Assembly: GCA_964571605.1 (NCBI GenBank)
Contig: CAZNCS010000001.1
Location: 4,098 to 68,097, forward strand
DNA from: an uncultured Leptospira sp.
Lineage (GTDB): Bacteria > Spirochaetota > Leptospiria > Leptospirales > Leptospiraceae
DNA length: 64,000 nt
Direction: 5' to 3'
Both the position numbers and the translations under genes were made by a program. The notes under the pieces are model-generated. The model worked only from the letters and a program-made list of their open reading frames with translations, was not told where the DNA came from and did no database searches. This document shows positions 62,317 through 64,000 of the stretch, in pieces (position 1 is the stretch's first letter; every line of letters begins with the position of its first letter).

Positions 62317-62586
62317 ATGCGACGAACTAAAATTATCTACGCGCTATTCATCCTTTTAAGTATTACTTTGTTTTCTGCCTGCCAAACATATGATGATTTG
62401 TATGGAACGGGAGACGATGATAAGAAGAAAAAAAGTGAATGTACAGCGGCGGCAGCTCTTTATTTGAGTTGCGTAAATATGAATCCGGGCGCGGGATCCA
62501 CAGCTTGCTCTTCTACTTACCTTGTAACAGTTGCGGCCTGCGGTTATGGCGCCGGTGGAGCAGGTGGTGGCGGAGGCGGATATTAA
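62317..62586 (+). CDS. Small predicted lipoprotein, Cys-paired with a Gly-rich tail
   Basis: LFSAC lipobox; CX9C-X11-CX10C; own terminator. Confidence 0.75.
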   Translation: MRRTKIIYALFILLSITLFSACQTYDDLYGTGDDDKKKKSECTAAAALYLSCVNMNPGAGSTACSSTYLVTVAACGYGAGGAGGGGGGY

Positions 62587-62636
62587 TTTTCATCCAATCT
62601 CTTAATTACTCGATCGAACACACCCTTTTGACCTAC

Positions 62637-62669
62637 GGGATGGAAAGAAATTTCCGTCCCCTTTTTTTT
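62637..62669 (+). terminator. Intrinsic terminator
   Basis: GGGATGGAAA...TTTCCGTCCC followed by a T run. Confidence 0.75.
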
Positions 62670-62773
62670 ATCTGAATGGTTTTAGAAGATAATTCTGAAA
62701 TATCTTAGATTATTAAAATACCGCTCGTGAAATATTGAATTCTAAACTATGTGCTTCTAATCAAAGGAATTGA

Positions 62774-63697
62774 TTATTTGTCCTGATTCAGGATTTCCAC
62801 ATTCCATTCTTTTAAATTTTTTAGAACAAAATTCAAAAGAGTTTCCTGGGTTTTACGGGCGTCTCCACCCGGCGCTAGAGCAGGCCCGAATCTCATATGA
62901 ATTCTTCGATCTCTGCTCAAACTTCCCAAATCTTTTAGTATTTTTCCATTCTCCCAAAAATCTGTTTTAATGGCGAACGGAACAACCGGGACCCCGGCTC
63001 GGGAGGCTAATTTGACTGCGATGGAATTAAACTCGGCTGGATTGAATGTTCTTGTGCGAGTGCTTTGAGGAAAGACTACGATGGAGATTCCTTTTTTTAA
63101 AAGGTTCTGACCTTCTTCCAAAACTTTTACTAAATCTTCTCTGGGATTGTCCCTACCTACTGCGATAGGATCTCTGGATCTCATAATCGGTCCGAAAAAA
63201 TTTCCTTTGATTAGGCTTTCTTTCACTACATAGGTAAGTCTTCTATGAGGAACCAGAAAATAGGGGAATACGAAAGTTTCTAAAACGCTCATATGATTTC
63301 CGGCAAAGATAACAGGACCTTGGGGAGAAATTACGTTTTCGATTCCTTCGATTAAGAATTTTCCTTCGCATCCTTCTACTGCGTCTAGAATACCTCCGGA
63401 TAGCACGATCCATTTCGGATCAAAAAATTCTTTTCGGAGAGCGATTTTTCGACCTTTTATAATTTGGTTAAAATAACCGAGTATAAATGTTATATCACTT
63501 CTGAATAAAATTTTGTCCAAAAGCCATCTTTTACGATTCGGAGGAGTGACGTAACGTAGAGTCACCCCGTCTCTGAGTTCGATGGGGGAACCCAATTCTT
63601 CCTTGGTCAAATCGTAAACCCCTGTTTTTAACGCGGAGTCCGGAATTTTTACCTTAGGAGTTGTAATTTTATCGTGTATGGATTCGGTTAGGCTCAA
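62774..63697 (-). CDS. Lysophospholipid acyltransferase (PlsC family)
   Basis: GNHMSVLE (HX4D-like), YVVKESL, VVFPQSTR. Confidence 0.85.
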   Translation of the reverse strand: MSLTESIHDKITTPKVKIPDSALKTGVYDLTKEELGSPIELRDGVTLRYVTPPNRKRWLLDKILFRSDITFILGYFNQIIKGRKIALRKEFFDPKWIVLSGGILDAVEGCEGKFLIEGIENVISPQGPVIFAGNHMSVLETFVFPYFLVPHRRLTYVVKESLIKGNFFGPIMRSRDPIAVGRDNPREDLVKVLEEGQNLLKKGISIVVFPQSTRTRTFNPAEFNSIAVKLASRAGVPVVPFAIKTDFWENGKILKDLGSLSRDRRIHMRFGPALAPGGDARKTQETLLNFVLKNLKEWNVEILNQDK

Positions 63698-63820
63698 TCT
63701 GGGAATTCCTTTTCAAAGTCGAAAGAATTTAGACGAACATCTTATTTTCCCCCGATTTCTTTTCCAGCGAATTCCCAGTTTTATATCTATTTCCAAAACG
63801 CCCGATTTAGGTGGGAATTC

Positions 63821-64000
63821 CTACCATTGTACCAAAAGAAACGGGTGTTCGGTAAAATGACGCTCTTGGAAGACTTGTATCTTTTCCGCTTCCCTGAGCG
63901 TAAGGTCGATATCGTCCCAACCATTTCGAATCCGATCCACTGAGTTTTGGTCCAAACTAAAATGGAATATTTTGTCTCCCGCTTCCAAGGTTAGAGTTTC
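63821..64000 (-). CDS. leuD: 3-isopropylmalate dehydratase small subunit, 3' end (partial)
   Basis: Hand translation ...FSLDQNSVDRIRNGWDDIDLTLREAEKIQVFQERHFTEHPFLLVQW* resembles the LeuD C-terminal NG.DDI.LTL motif. Confidence 0.75.
   Translation of the reverse strand, partial: ETLTLEAGDKIFHFSLDQNSVDRIRNGWDDIDLTLREAEKIQVFQERHFTEHPFLLVQW

Noticed and set aside
63678-63860. 60-aa + strand ORF
   Set aside because: Overlaps the plsC start and leuD end on the opposite strand; no features

Overview
Bacterial chromosomal segment, most likely Leptospira (inferred from 7TM-DISM/SpoIIE proteins, an alginate-export-type porin, spirochaete-type lipoproteins and gene style). I found no rRNA, tRNA, CRISPR array, integrase or transposase. 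Contents: (1) 1-8.3 kb, a signalling cluster (kinases, two paralogous receivers, MCP, Crp-family regulator). (2) 8.5-25.6 kb, CopA, porin, SpoIIE phosphatase, a TetR/MBL module with twin operators, AraC/DoxX, an MgtA-like ATPase with a degenerate channel-like gene, and an orphan 664-aa protein. (3) 25.7-44.3 kb, a probable low-oxygen island: HdeD, a PAS LytS-type kinase with an atypical LytTR partner, a beta-CASP MBL, a Cys-poor Crp/Fnr regulator, a P-type ATPase, a complete ccoNOQPGHIS cbb3 oxidase operon and an acetyl-CoA hydrolase/transferase, with four related FNR-like boxes. ccoQ and ccoS are missing from the ORF track and were translated by hand. (4) 44.5-51.4 kb, a kinase with two H-boxes plus a NarL regulator, thiM, and a YbhB/YbcL-AraC pair. 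(5) 52-55.7 kb, a Family 2A encapsulin with a cargo cysteine desulfurase and a convergent serine acetyltransferase preceded by a perfect 19-bp inverted repeat. (6) 56-64 kb, a FadL-like porin, PAS kinase, enoyl-CoA hydratase, two small divergent lipoproteins, an acyltransferase and the 3' end of leuD. All family calls come from motif recognition by eye; no database search was run.
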